Positions 19,428 to 28,919 of a DNA stretch of 64,000 nucleotides are shown here, in pieces. Each line of letters begins with the position of its first letter. The first letter of the stretch is position 1. This stretch comes from Spirochaetia bacterium (lineage in GTDB: Bacteria; Spirochaetota; Spirochaetia; SZUA-6; Bin103), in assembly GCA_965203905.1 (NCBI GenBank), contig CBDBDQ010000005.1, positions 6,176,001 to 6,240,000 of the forward strand. The letters run 5' to 3'. Below the pieces are notes generated by a model. The model was not told the origin of the DNA. It ran no database searches and saw only the letters and a program-made list of their open reading frames with translations. The translations under genes were made by a program, and so were the position numbers.

Positions 19428-20584
19428 GTGAAGCGCATACACGTACGTGAAATCGGACCGATCGTCGATGCTCGAGTCGAGTTTGGGGACCTCACGGTAT
19501 TCGTCGGTCCACAAGCCACCGGAAAAAGCATTTTCTTCAACTCCTGAAATTGGCTGTGGACAAGTCAGTGATCCACGATCAACTGCAGCGATTCGGAATC
19601 GATTGGAACGACAAGCGAGACGGCTTTCTGGAGGTCTACTTCGGAGAAGGGATGGCCAAGTTGTGGTCGGAAGGCGACAGCAAGCTGTTCGCAGATGACC
19701 AGGAGGTCGAGTTTGCGCGCTACGCGGGTCGTCGTCCCCCACGATCGGTCGAGAAAGTGTCATACATTCCCGCCCAGCGCGTGCTCAGTTTCCGTGATGG
19801 CATCACGAGACCATTCACCGACTACCGGTCGGGGATCCCTACGTACTCCGCGCGTTCAGCGATCACATCCACCAGTTGGTGCAAAGCGAGTTCAGTCGCT
19901 CCACCGGAATATTCCCGCACAAAGGACACTTGAGTCTCGCCTTGATCCGACCACTGGAACAGCACGTCTTTGGTGGTTTCCGACTCGAGATGGAACAGGC
20001 GAAGTATCAGCGTCGTATCGTCTTTGCGGCGACGCTCCGGAACCTCGCTTCCATTCCTGGTCTGGTCGGCCGGACAAAGGGAATTCGTGCCGTTGTTGAT
20101 GGGTCTCTACCCACTCCTTCCTCCATCGGCCCCGTCGCGCGACGGTACCGTGACGTGGGTCGTGATAGAGGAGCCGGAGATGGGTCTGCACCCGAATGGG
20201 GTTGCTGCCGTACTCAATCTCGTATTGAAGTTGCTGGCAAGCGACTACCGAGTGTGCATCTCCACCCACTCGCCACATGTGCTCGACATCGTGTGGGCGC
20301 TTCGCTTCTTCCAGGAGCATGGTGCACAGCCGGCCGACGTTCTGGAGCTACTTGGTTTGAGGTCCAGCGCGGGTACCCGGGAACTTGCCGAGTGCGTACT
20401 GAAACGCACACTCCGGGTGCACTATTTCTCCCAGGCCGGTCACGTAAGGGACATTTCCAACCTGGATCCGTCCGCCGACAGCCTCGACGAATCCGGCTGG
20501 GGGGGCTTGACGGGAGGGTCCGGCAGAGTTGGCGATCTCGTAGCCCACGTAGCCGCCCGAAGGCAGCCCGTCGAGCGTTCGTGA
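19428..20584 (+). pseudogene. AAA_21/AAA_15-type ABC-like ATPase with multiple frameshifts
   Basis: GTG start after GGAGG; [53 protein letters not shown] spread over four segments (shifts ~19535, ~19835, ~20030). Confidence 0.82.
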
Positions 20585-20765
20585 GTTTCCAGACCGCCGT
20601 GCAAGCGGCTTCCGCTGCAGTAGCTGGCGCGTACCGACCCGGCAAGCAGGCTCTTCCGGGCCAGCACCGTTCGCTCGTGACTTGTGCCGATTCGCGCCGA
20701 CTGACCGGTAGCGTCAACCTGGATGCAGCATTGCAGGCAAGTCTCCCGAACGCACCACGATGGGC
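20581..20765 (+). pseudogene. Truncated partner gene of the AAA_21 ATPase
   Basis: GTGA overlap with the ATPase stop; GKQAL...LTGSVNLDAAL...PNAPRW, then low-information sequence. Confidence 0.5.
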
Positions 20766-20901
20766 ATCAATGCAAACTCACCTCAGCGCCGCCGCCTCAA
20801 CCAGAGCGGTCTGGGCATGCCACGGCGCCGGCTCACGCTGCCATGATCCGCCGGACGCGCCGCCCTCATATCGGTCGGCGTTCCACGTTATGATGGCGGG
20901 C

Positions 20902-21519
20902 ATGGCAGACTCCCACGAGAGCAAGTACTGCGACAAGCGGCAGGGCTTCTGGCGCGACACGTTCGGTGCCGCGTTGCCCTATGGCGAGTACCTCGCGTCC
21001 GGACCGGAGAACCACCGCAAGCGGTGGCAGACGATGGATCAACGGGTGCAGGTGGACGCCGCGCAGCGGCGGCGCCTCGGCCAGTTCACGCGGCGCATGA
21101 ACCTGTTGTGCTACAGCGGCATCTGGTGCGGCGACTGCGTACGCCAGGGGCCGATCCTGCACCACCTTGCGGCCGCCGCCAATGAGGCCGGCGGCACCCA
21201 GGTGGTGGACCTGCGCTTCGCCGAGCGCGTCGACGACAGCGAGTTGGCCGACGAGCTGCGCATTCTCGGCGCGCTGCGGGTACCGGTGACCGTGTGTCTT
21301 TCGGAGGACTTCTTCGAGGTGGGGCGCACCGGCGACCGGATGCTGGTGACCTACCGCCGCAAGGCGCAGCGCGAGCTCGGTGCGGCCTGCGACGTGGGCC
21401 TGGTGCCGCCTCCCGAGGCAGAGGTCGCCACCGAGGTGGAACAGTGGCTCGACCACCTGGAGCGCATGCAGTGGATGCTGCGCCTGGCGCCGATGCTACG
21501 CGCGCGCCACGGCGACTGA
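20902..21519 (+). CDS. Thioredoxin-family protein (Thioredoxin_9-like)
   Basis: WCGDC motif, RVP cis-Pro loop, LSEDFFEV. Confidence 0.82.
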   Translation: MADSHESKYCDKRQGFWRDTFGAALPYGEYLASGPENHRKRWQTMDQRVQVDAAQRRRLGQFTRRMNLLCYSGIWCGDCVRQGPILHHLAAAANEAGGTQVVDLRFAERVDDSELADELRILGALRVPVTVCLSEDFFEVGRTGDRMLVTYRRKAQRELGAACDVGLVPPPEAEVATEVEQWLDHLERMQWMLRLAPMLRARHGD

Positions 21520-21527
21520 GGCCGCGG

Positions 21528-22460
21528 ATGGAGAAGCGCCCGCTTCCGGGCGACACGCTGGAGCGGCGGCTGCGAGCCGGCCGCCGCGACCAGCTCTACC
21601 AGTTCCTGCTGGATTTCGGCGGGATCCGCGGCGCCATCCTGCACGCCACGCGGGTGGTAGCGGAAATGCGGGCCAACCATCGGCTCGGGCCGCTGGAAAC
21701 CCTGGTGCTGGGGCAGGCGTACGTGGCGGCGGGGCTGATGACGGTCAATCTGAAGTCACCGGAGAGCCTGACCATCAAGGTCGACTGTTCGGGGCCGATC
21801 GGCGGCCTGACGGTAGACGGCAACGCGTTCGGCGAGGTGCGTGGCTACTTGGCGCAGGACCCGATTCCAGTGGCGGCAGACGGCGCGGTGCCGCGGCTGC
21901 AGGACCTGTTCGGAACCGGCACACTGGCGGTGACCAAGCATCTGCGGGATGGCGCACAGCCCTTCACCGGGGTCGTCGAGATGCGTTACGGCAGCCTCGC
22001 CGAGGATCTCTCCTACTACTTCGCCACCTCGGAGCAGACGCCCAGTGCCCTGAGCCTGAGCGTGGCCTTCGACGCCGCCGGTGAGCTGACCGGGGCCGGG
22101 GGCGTGTTCCTGCAGGCCCTGCCCGCCGCCCGTGCCGACCAGGTACAGGACGTGGAACGGCTGCTGCGGCGCCTGCACTCGATCGGCGCCGCCTTCGCCG
22201 CGGGAGAAGAACCGCGGGCGTTGCTGGAGCGCGCCTTCGGCGCCCACGAGCCGGTCATCATCGCCCGCCGCCGGGTGGTGTTCATGTGCCATTGCAGTGC
22301 GCAACGGTTCCGCGGCCACCTCGGCGCCCTGCCCCGTGCCGAGCTGCAGGACATGCTGGACCGGGGCCCGCTGCCGGTGGAGACCACCTGTCTCTACTGC
22401 AACACCAGCTATCGCTTCGATCGCGAACAGATCGTCGAGCTGCTCTCCGCTTCCGGTTGA
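21528..22460 (+). CDS. hslO: Hsp33 redox-regulated chaperone
   Basis: GPIGGL, GEVRGY, YYFATSEQTPS, GAGGVFLQALP, zinc motif CHCS...CLYC. Confidence 0.93.
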   Translation: MEKRPLPGDTLERRLRAGRRDQLYQFLLDFGGIRGAILHATRVVAEMRANHRLGPLETLVLGQAYVAAGLMTVNLKSPESLTIKVDCSGPIGGLTVDGNAFGEVRGYLAQDPIPVAADGAVPRLQDLFGTGTLAVTKHLRDGAQPFTGVVEMRYGSLAEDLSYYFATSEQTPSALSLSVAFDAAGELTGAGGVFLQALPAARADQVQDVERLLRRLHSIGAAFAAGEEPRALLERAFGAHEPVIIARRRVVFMCHCSAQRFRGHLGALPRAELQDMLDRGPLPVETTCLYCNTSYRFDREQIVELLSASG

Positions 22461-22605
22461 ACCGGCCGTTACCGTACGGCCCGGGTGCGATACACCAGCG
22501 GGAGATGCTCGTCGTCCTCGAGCAGGTCTCCCTTCTCCAGCCGCGCTACCACCGCCGGCGGAGCGGGGTGCCCCCCACCCCTGCCGCGAGCTACTATGGC
22601 CGCGG

Positions 22606-24693
22606 ATGAAGCTGTTCAGTCCGCTGGAGCTGGAGCGTGCCCGGGAGCGCATACGGACGCCGGAGTTTCTGCCCGCGTGGCAGCGCCTGCAGGCTGACAC
22701 CGAGGAGTTTCTGGCTCTGGACCTGGAGCCGCCGGCGGCGGCCGCGGGCTACTATCATGACTACTTCTGCCCCCAGCATGCCGTCGAGCTGCACTTCGAT
22801 CCGCGCCGGCCGCGGCAGCACCGCTGTCCGGTCGACGGGCGCCTGCTGGAGGGCGGCCGCTACGATGCCGCCTGGCGCTTCTGCGCCAACCTGCTGCTGA
22901 GCCGCATGGCGTTGCTCCTGGGGCTGCGCTGGCGGCTGGATGGCGACCCGCGCTGCCTGCAGCGCGGCGCAGAGATTCTGACCGGATACGCCCGCCACTA
23001 CCCGCGCCATGCTCCCGGCGCTTATCACACCGACTTCGGCGCCGGGCGCGGCAAGGCGACCTATCAGTCGCTGGACGAGGCCAATCTGATCGTGCGTCTG
23101 GCACGCTGCTACGACCTGCTGGCGGAAGGCATGGATGCCGGCAGCCGCCGCCTGGTGGAAGACGATCTGCTGGCTCCGGCAGTCGCACACCTCTACGAGC
23201 AGCGCTTCCGGCGGCTGCACAACATCGAGTGCTGGCACATCGCGGCGCTGCTGGCCGCCGCCACCCTTACCGGCAACGCCGCGATCGAGGAGGAGGTGCT
23301 GCACGGCGAATTCGGATTCCAGCACCAGATCGACGCCGGGGTCCGTGACGACGGGCTGTGGTGGGAGGGCTCCTCCAGCTACCACTACTACACCGTGGCG
23401 GCGCTGCTGACGACGGCGGCGTTGCGCTACGCGCGGGACCCGGGCTGGAGTGCCCCGGAGCGGCTGCGCGCCATGCTGGCGGCGCCCCTGACGCTGGTGC
23501 TGCCGGACGGGCGGCTCCCGGCGACCAACGACTGCTGGGCCTCCTCGTCGCTGTTCGGCGAAGTGTGTCACGGCGTACCGCCCGCCGCCGCCCTCTACGA
23601 GATGGCGGCCGGCTGGTGGCCGCGGCCCGCGTTCTCCGGGCTGCTCGCCGCGGTCTACCGGCGGGCACCGCGCGACAGCGCGGAGGCGCTGCTGCACGGT
23701 CCGGATCGAGTGCCCGCCAACGGCGCCCTGGACCGCCCGCGATCGGGCCTGCTGCCGGCGTCGGGATATGCCGTGTTGCGCAGCGCCGAACCGCTGGCGC
23801 AGCAGTCGCTGCTGCTGCTCAAGTACGGCCCCCACGGCGGCTCCCACGGCCATCCCGACAAGCTGGCCATCCTGCTCTACGCGGGCGGTACGCCGGCGGC
23901 GCTCGACCTCGGCTCCCAGGGCTACGGCATCGACCTGCACCGCAACTGGTACCGCCAGACTGCCAGCCACAACACGGTCATGGTCGCGGGCCGGCCGCAG
24001 CCGCCGGCGGCCGGAGAGCTGCGCCACTTCGGACCGCCGCCGGAAGCGGCTGGCGCCAGCCCCGACGCGGCCGCCGTGACCATCGCCGACGCATCCGTCG
24101 CCTGGTCCGGCAGCGAAGTCGGGGAGTACGACGGTGTGACCATGCGCCGGGTGGTGGCGTGGCGCGCGCCATACTTCGTCGACTGCTTCGCGGTACGCTG
24201 TCCGGAGCCGTTGCGCATCGACTGGCTGCTGCACGTCCACGGCGCGTTGCGGCAGCTGCCGCAGGCGGAGCGGACCGCCGCCGGCTGCCCCGAGCTGCCG
24301 CGCGGACCGGGCTGGGAGCACATCGACGCCCGCTGGACCGGGGTTGCGCCGGCCGCCACGGCGGTACGCTGGTCGCTCGACGCCGGCGGCCTGGATCTGA
24401 TGCTGCCGGACGAAGCGGGGACCGACCTCACCGTCGGTGAGGCTCCGTCGAACCCGGCGAGCGAACGCCTGCAGGTGCTCATTCGCACCCGCACGGCGCG
24501 CTGCACCCGCTTCGTGGCGGTCCTGTGTCCGACCCCGGCAGAGGCCGGTGTGACCGCGGTGCGGCACCTGGGGGCGGACCACCGCGCCGACCTGGAGGTG
24601 GTCGCCGGCGACCGCGTCGACCACTGGCGGCTGCCGGCGACCGACCACGCCGCCGGCGCGGCGCTGGTGCCGATCATGACCGGAGGTGAATGA
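22606..24693 (+). CDS. Heparinase II/III-family polysaccharide lyase (alginate-lyase-like)
   Basis: QSLDEA, HNIECW, DGLWWEGSSSYHYY, GGSHGHPDKL, WYRQTASHNT. Confidence 0.82.
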   Translation: MKLFSPLELERARERIRTPEFLPAWQRLQADTEEFLALDLEPPAAAAGYYHDYFCPQHAVELHFDPRRPRQHRCPVDGRLLEGGRYDAAWRFCANLLLSRMALLLGLRWRLDGDPRCLQRGAEILTGYARHYPRHAPGAYHTDFGAGRGKATYQSLDEANLIVRLARCYDLLAEGMDAGSRRLVEDDLLAPAVAHLYEQRFRRLHNIECWHIAALLAAATLTGNAAIEEEVLHGEFGFQHQIDAGVRDDGLWWEGSSSYHYYTVAALLTTAALRYARDPGWSAPERLRAMLAAPLTLVLPDGRLPATNDCWASSSLFGEVCHGVPPAAALYEMAAGWWPRPAFSGLLAAVYRRAPRDSAEALLHGPDRVPANGALDRPRSGLLPASGYAVLRSAEPLAQQSLLLLKYGPHGGSHGHPDKLAILLYAGGTPAALDLGSQGYGIDLHRNWYRQTASHNTVMVAGRPQPPAAGELRHFGPPPEAAGASPDAAAVTIADASVAWSGSEVGEYDGVTMRRVVAWRAPYFVDCFAVRCPEPLRIDWLLHVHGALRQLPQAERTAAGCPELPRGPGWEHIDARWTGVAPAATAVRWSLDAGGLDLMLPDEAGTDLTVGEAPSNPASERLQVLIRTRTARCTRFVAVLCPTPAEAGVTAVRHLGADHRADLEVVAGDRVDHWRLPATDHAAGAALVPIMTGGE

Positions 24694-25790
24694 TGCAGCA
24701 GCAACCAGTGACGCTGCGGGGCCTGTTCTTCTGGGAGGGAAGCGGCCTGCAACTGGGGCGGGCCAATCCCTACGGCGCCCTGCTGGCGGCGGCACTGCGC
24801 CGTTACGGGGTCGAGTTGGACGAGGGCGACTACGAGTTCAGCCGCTCCTGGCTGGAGCAGTCGCGCGCCACCTACGAGGTACTGCATCTCAACTGGCTGG
24901 ACCGGTTCTACGCCGGGTTCAATGAACCGCACGACCTGGAGCGGGCCGTCGAACGCTACGCCGACTTCACCGACAAGCTGATTCACGCCCGGCGCCTCGG
25001 CTATCGCCTGGTGTGGACCATCCACAACCTGTACCCCCACGAACGCCGCTATCCCCAGCTCGATCGCCTGGTGAACGCCCTGGTGGCCCGCGAGGCCGAC
25101 CACGTCATCGCCCACTGCCGTTACGCCGCCGAGACCATCGAAGAACTGTGCGATCCGCCGCGGCGGGTACACGTGATCCCACACGGCAACTACCTGGAAG
25201 TGTTCCCCGATCGGGTCAGCCCGGCCGCGGCCCGCGACCGGCTGCAGGTCACCGCCGACCGCTTCGTCTACCTGTTCTTCGGCAACGCGCGCGGTTACAA
25301 GGGGGTGGCGGAGCTGGTGGACACCTTCCGCCGCGTGGCGGCCGACGACTCCGTGCTGCTGCTGGTGCTCCGCGAAAACGCCCGCAGCCCCGGCCTGATC
25401 GGGCAGCTCCGCAGCGCCGCGGAGGGTGATTCACGCATCCGGATCCATGCCTCGCGCTTCTTCGAAGTGGGAGAGTTCCAGTACTTCCTGAACGCCGCCG
25501 ACGTGGTGGTGCTGCCGTTCTCGGCGGTGCTGACCTCCGGCTCGGCGATCCAGGCGCTGGGCTTCGGCAAGCCGCTGATCGTGCCGCGCCTCGGCTGTCT
25601 GCCCGAGCTGGTCGCGGGAGGCAGCGGCCTGCTCTACGATCCCGACGCCCCCGAAGGCCTCGCCGCCGCCCTGCACGAGGCGCGTTCGCTGGACCTCGAC
25701 GCCGCCCGTGCCGCCGCCCTGACACGCACCCGCGAACTGGACTGGGACCCGATCGCCGCACGCATCGCCGCCCTCTATCGCGACACGTGA
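24690..25790 (+). CDS. Glycosyltransferase family 4
   Basis: WTIHNLYPHE, IPHGNY, FFG..RGYKG, ADVVVLPF...TSGS...ALGFGKP. Confidence 0.88.
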   Translation: MMQQQPVTLRGLFFWEGSGLQLGRANPYGALLAAALRRYGVELDEGDYEFSRSWLEQSRATYEVLHLNWLDRFYAGFNEPHDLERAVERYADFTDKLIHARRLGYRLVWTIHNLYPHERRYPQLDRLVNALVAREADHVIAHCRYAAETIEELCDPPRRVHVIPHGNYLEVFPDRVSPAAARDRLQVTADRFVYLFFGNARGYKGVAELVDTFRRVAADDSVLLLVLRENARSPGLIGQLRSAAEGDSRIRIHASRFFEVGEFQYFLNAADVVVLPFSAVLTSGSAIQALGFGKPLIVPRLGCLPELVAGGSGLLYDPDAPEGLAAALHEARSLDLDAARAAALTRTRELDWDPIAARIAALYRDT

Positions 25791-25994
25791 CCGGGGCTGA
25801 CAGAAGCGCGGAGCGGGTGCGGAACGGCCACGGCGCACCACGGTTCGCAGGCGGCGCGGCCGGTTGTCGTCGGTCCCGCATTCGCGGCATGCTGGGGGTG
25901 TCGGGCGGGTCGGCCAGCGGCCACCCCGGCGAATTCCTCCCGCAATGACAATCCTGCTCCAAGCGACAATGCCGATACTGCCGTTCAGGTTGCG

Positions 25995-26999
25995 GTGCGA
26001 GCGCTGACCGCAACCACCGCCGGCGCCACCCTGGCGCTGATCTTCGTGGGCAGTCTGGTCACCAGCACCGGGTCGGGCCTGGCGGTGCCGGACTGGCCGC
26101 TCTCCTACGGGACCCTGTTCCCGCCGATGGTGGGCGGGATCCTGTACGAGCACTCCCACCGGATGGTGGCGGCCGCAGTCGGTCTGCTGGTCGTGGTGCA
26201 GGCGCTGGTGTTCACCTGGCGGGAACCGCGCCGCTGGCTGCGGGTCCTGGCCTGGGTCGCAGTGGCGTCCATCATCGTGCAGGGCACGCTGGGCGGCCTG
26301 ACCGTGCTGCTGCTGCTGCCCACGCCGATATCGATGACCCACGCGGTGCTGGCCCAGAGCCTGTTCCTGCTGCTGATCGTCATCGCCTATGCCCATTCGC
26401 GCGAGTGGCGGCGGCGCGCGGCACAGCCGCACGCCGCGCGGGCGCGCACCACGGTCGTGCTGCTGCCCGTCGTGGTGTTCCTGCAGTTGCTGATCGGCGC
26501 GCTGATGCGTCACACGGAGTCGGGGCTCGCGATCCCCGACTTCCCGCTCATGGGCGGCCAGTTGGTCCCGCTCTTCAACGAGCGGATGCTGAACACAATC
26601 AACGGAGCACGCTTTCAGTTGCTGCTGGAACCGGTCTCCATGAACCAGGTGGTAGTCCACTTCCTCCACCGCCTCGGGGCGGCGGCCACCGCCGCCGTGG
26701 TGATCGCCGCCAACCTGGACCTGCGGCGGCGTCCCGCCTACCGCGCGGTCCGGCGGATGCTGACCTGGGTCAACTGGATGGTACTGGTGCAGGGGACGCT
26801 CGGTGCCTTGACGGTGCTCACCGTACGGTCGCCGCTGGTAGCGAGCCTCCACGTCCTGGTGGGTGCGGCGCTGTTCGCCGCAACGTTGCTGTGCCTGCTG
26901 AGGTGCCTGCCGCTGCCCACCGGCAGCGCCGCGACCGCGTCTCCGGCGGCCGGCGTACGGCCGCGAGTAAGCCGCGGCACCGCCCCCGGCGCATCCTGA
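25995..26999 (+). CDS. ctaA: Heme A synthase (COX15/CtaA)
   Basis: SGLAVPDWP, EHSHR, QGTLGG, HFLHR; about 8 TM helices. Confidence 0.9.
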   Translation: MRALTATTAGATLALIFVGSLVTSTGSGLAVPDWPLSYGTLFPPMVGGILYEHSHRMVAAAVGLLVVVQALVFTWREPRRWLRVLAWVAVASIIVQGTLGGLTVLLLLPTPISMTHAVLAQSLFLLLIVIAYAHSREWRRRAAQPHAARARTTVVLLPVVVFLQLLIGALMRHTESGLAIPDFPLMGGQLVPLFNERMLNTINGARFQLLLEPVSMNQVVVHFLHRLGAAATAAVVIAANLDLRRRPAYRAVRRMLTWVNWMVLVQGTLGALTVLTVRSPLVASLHVLVGAALFAATLLCLLRCLPLPTGSAATASPAAGVRPRVSRGTAPGAS

Positions 27000-27001
27000 C
27001 C

Positions 27002-27892
27002 GTGCCCGTTCGTGCCCGGGCGCGCGGCCGCGCCTTCTTCTCGCTGATCAAGGGGCGCATCGCGCTCCTGGTGGCGGCGACCACCGCCCTGGGCTACTGG
27101 GCCGCGGCCGGCAGCGCCAGGATCGACGCCGTCCTCGTTGCCGTGGTCGTCGGTACTGCACTGCTGAGCGCCGGCGCCGGCGTGCTCAACAACGTGCTGG
27201 AGCGGGAGGTGGACGCGCGCATGGCTCGTACCCGCGGGCGGGCATTGCCGCAGGGCACGGTACGGCCACCGGCCGCGACCTGGTTCGGCGTGGCGCTGAC
27301 CGCGGCCGGCACTGCGCTGCTGCTGTGGCGCGGCGGAGCGCTGCCGGCCCTGATCGGCCTGCTCGCGGCCGCGCTCTACCTGTTCGTGTACACGCCGCTG
27401 AAGCGGCACTCTTGGCTCAACACGACGCTCGGCGCCATTCCCGGCGCCCTGCCGCCGCTCATCGGCTGGACCGCCGCCGACCCGGCCGGTGGCGGGCTGG
27501 GGCCGGGAGCCTGGATCCTGTTCGCGATCCTGTTCCTGTGGCAGCACCCCCACTTCTACGCCATCGCGTGGACGCTGCGCGACGAGTACCGCGCGGCCGG
27601 ACTACGCATGGCCGGCGCGGTCGGTACGAGCGGTAATTTTCTGGCGGTCCAGGTGATCCTGTTTCTGGTCGTCCTGATCCCGGTATCGCTGCTGCTGACG
27701 GCGGTGGGGGTTGCCGGCGCTTGGTACGCGGCGGGGTGCGTCCTGGCGGGAGTTCTGTACCTGGCCGCCGGAATCCGATTCGCGCAGCGGCGCGACCGCG
27801 GCAGCTCGCGCCTGTTGTTGCGCGCCTCGGTCCTCTACCTGCCGGCGGTGCTGGCGTTCCTGGTCGCGGATCTCAGCCTGGTTCCTTCGTGA
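27002..27892 (+). CDS. ctaB: Protoheme IX farnesyltransferase (heme O synthase)
   Basis: NNVLEREVDARMARTRGR, YTPLKR, GAIPGALPPLIGW, WQHPHF. Confidence 0.93.
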   Translation: MPVRARARGRAFFSLIKGRIALLVAATTALGYWAAAGSARIDAVLVAVVVGTALLSAGAGVLNNVLEREVDARMARTRGRALPQGTVRPPAATWFGVALTAAGTALLLWRGGALPALIGLLAAALYLFVYTPLKRHSWLNTTLGAIPGALPPLIGWTAADPAGGGLGPGAWILFAILFLWQHPHFYAIAWTLRDEYRAAGLRMAGAVGTSGNFLAVQVILFLVVLIPVSLLLTAVGVAGAWYAAGCVLAGVLYLAAGIRFAQRRDRGSSRLLLRASVLYLPAVLAFLVADLSLVPS

Positions 27893-27911
27893 CCCCGCGG
27901 CGCCGCGGTAC

Positions 27912-28919
27912 TCAGCGCGGCGGCGCCAGTACCACGGCGGAGCGCACGGTATCGAGCACCGTCTCGGTAATCACCCCTTCGGTGCCCGCGACCTGGTTGA
28001 CGGCGCCGTCGAGCAGTACCGCCTCTACGTGGCGCACCAGGCCCAGGTGCGGCGCCGCCAGGCGCTCGAAGCGCAACTCCTCGGTGCCGTTCGCGGTCTC
28101 CAGCGTGAGCGCATGGCCGTCCAGCGGGTCGGCCGTCACGCGGCCGTGCTCGCCGGCGACGAAGAACCGGTCGACGTCGCGGGTGCTGTGGAAGTCGCCG
28201 ACCACGCTGCACAGCGCGCCCGACTCCATCCGCAGCACGGCACAGCCGATCTGCTCCACCTCGAGGTCGCGATCGAAGCGCGTGGCTACCCCGTGCGCCG
28301 CCGCGACCGGTCCCAGCAGCCATACCAGCAGGTCGATCCGGTGGCTGCAGATGTCCACGAAGCCCCCGCCGCCGGCGAGCGCGGGATCGTCCCGCCATTT
28401 TCGGGTACCTGCCAGGCGCCGGCCGGCGACGTCACCCCACGAGACGTCAACCGCCCCCAGCAGGGGTCGCCCGACCGCACCTTCGGCCAGCAGCGCGCGC
28501 AGCCGCAGGACGTGCGGCCAGAAGCGGCGGTAGTACGCCACGAACAACTCCACTCCCGCGGCCGCGCACGCCGCCACCATTGCGCGGCCCTCGGCGGCGT
28601 TCATCGCCATCGGCTTCTCCACTAGCACGTGCTTGCCGGCCGCCGCCGCGGCGAGCACGTACTCCAGGTGGGAGCTGGGCGGCGTCGCCACGTAGACGAC
28701 GTCCACGGCCGCGTCGTCGATCACCCGGCGCGCATCGTCGCTCCACCTGGCAACTCCGTGGCGGCGGGCAAAGTCCTGCGCCGCGGCGCCGTCGCGCCGC
28801 ATCACCAGCACCATGTCGCTGCGCGGCGCGTGGGCGATGGCCGGACCACTCTTGTGCTCCACCACGTCACCGCAACCGACGACGCCCCAGCCCAGGCGCG
28901 CCGGCCGTACCATCCCCAT
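27912..28919 (-). CDS. Gfo/Idh/MocA oxidoreductase
   Basis: WGVVGCG, VYVATPP, VLVEKPMA, AYYRR, GGG..DICSHRID. Confidence 0.92.
   Translation of the reverse strand: MGMVRPARLGWGVVGCGDVVEHKSGPAIAHAPRSDMVLVMRRDGAAAQDFARRHGVARWSDDARRVIDDAAVDVVYVATPPSSHLEYVLAAAAAGKHVLVEKPMAMNAAEGRAMVAACAAAGVELFVAYYRRFWPHVLRLRALLAEGAVGRPLLGAVDVSWGDVAGRRLAGTRKWRDDPALAGGGGFVDICSHRIDLLVWLLGPVAAAHGVATRFDRDLEVEQIGCAVLRMESGALCSVVGDFHSTRDVDRFFVAGEHGRVTADPLDGHALTLETANGTEELRFERLAAPHLGLVRHVEAVLLDGAVNQVAGTEGVITETVLDTVRSAVVLAPPR

Noticed and set aside
16305-19763. 1152-aa 'extended Fhs' in the ORF track
   Set aside because: The upstream part is the antisense of the CobW-like gene; Fhs homology starts at 18086.
19876-21519. 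547-aa ORF appearing to fuse several domains with thioredoxin
   Set aside because: Chance read-through of pseudogene fragments; the thioredoxin starts near 20902.
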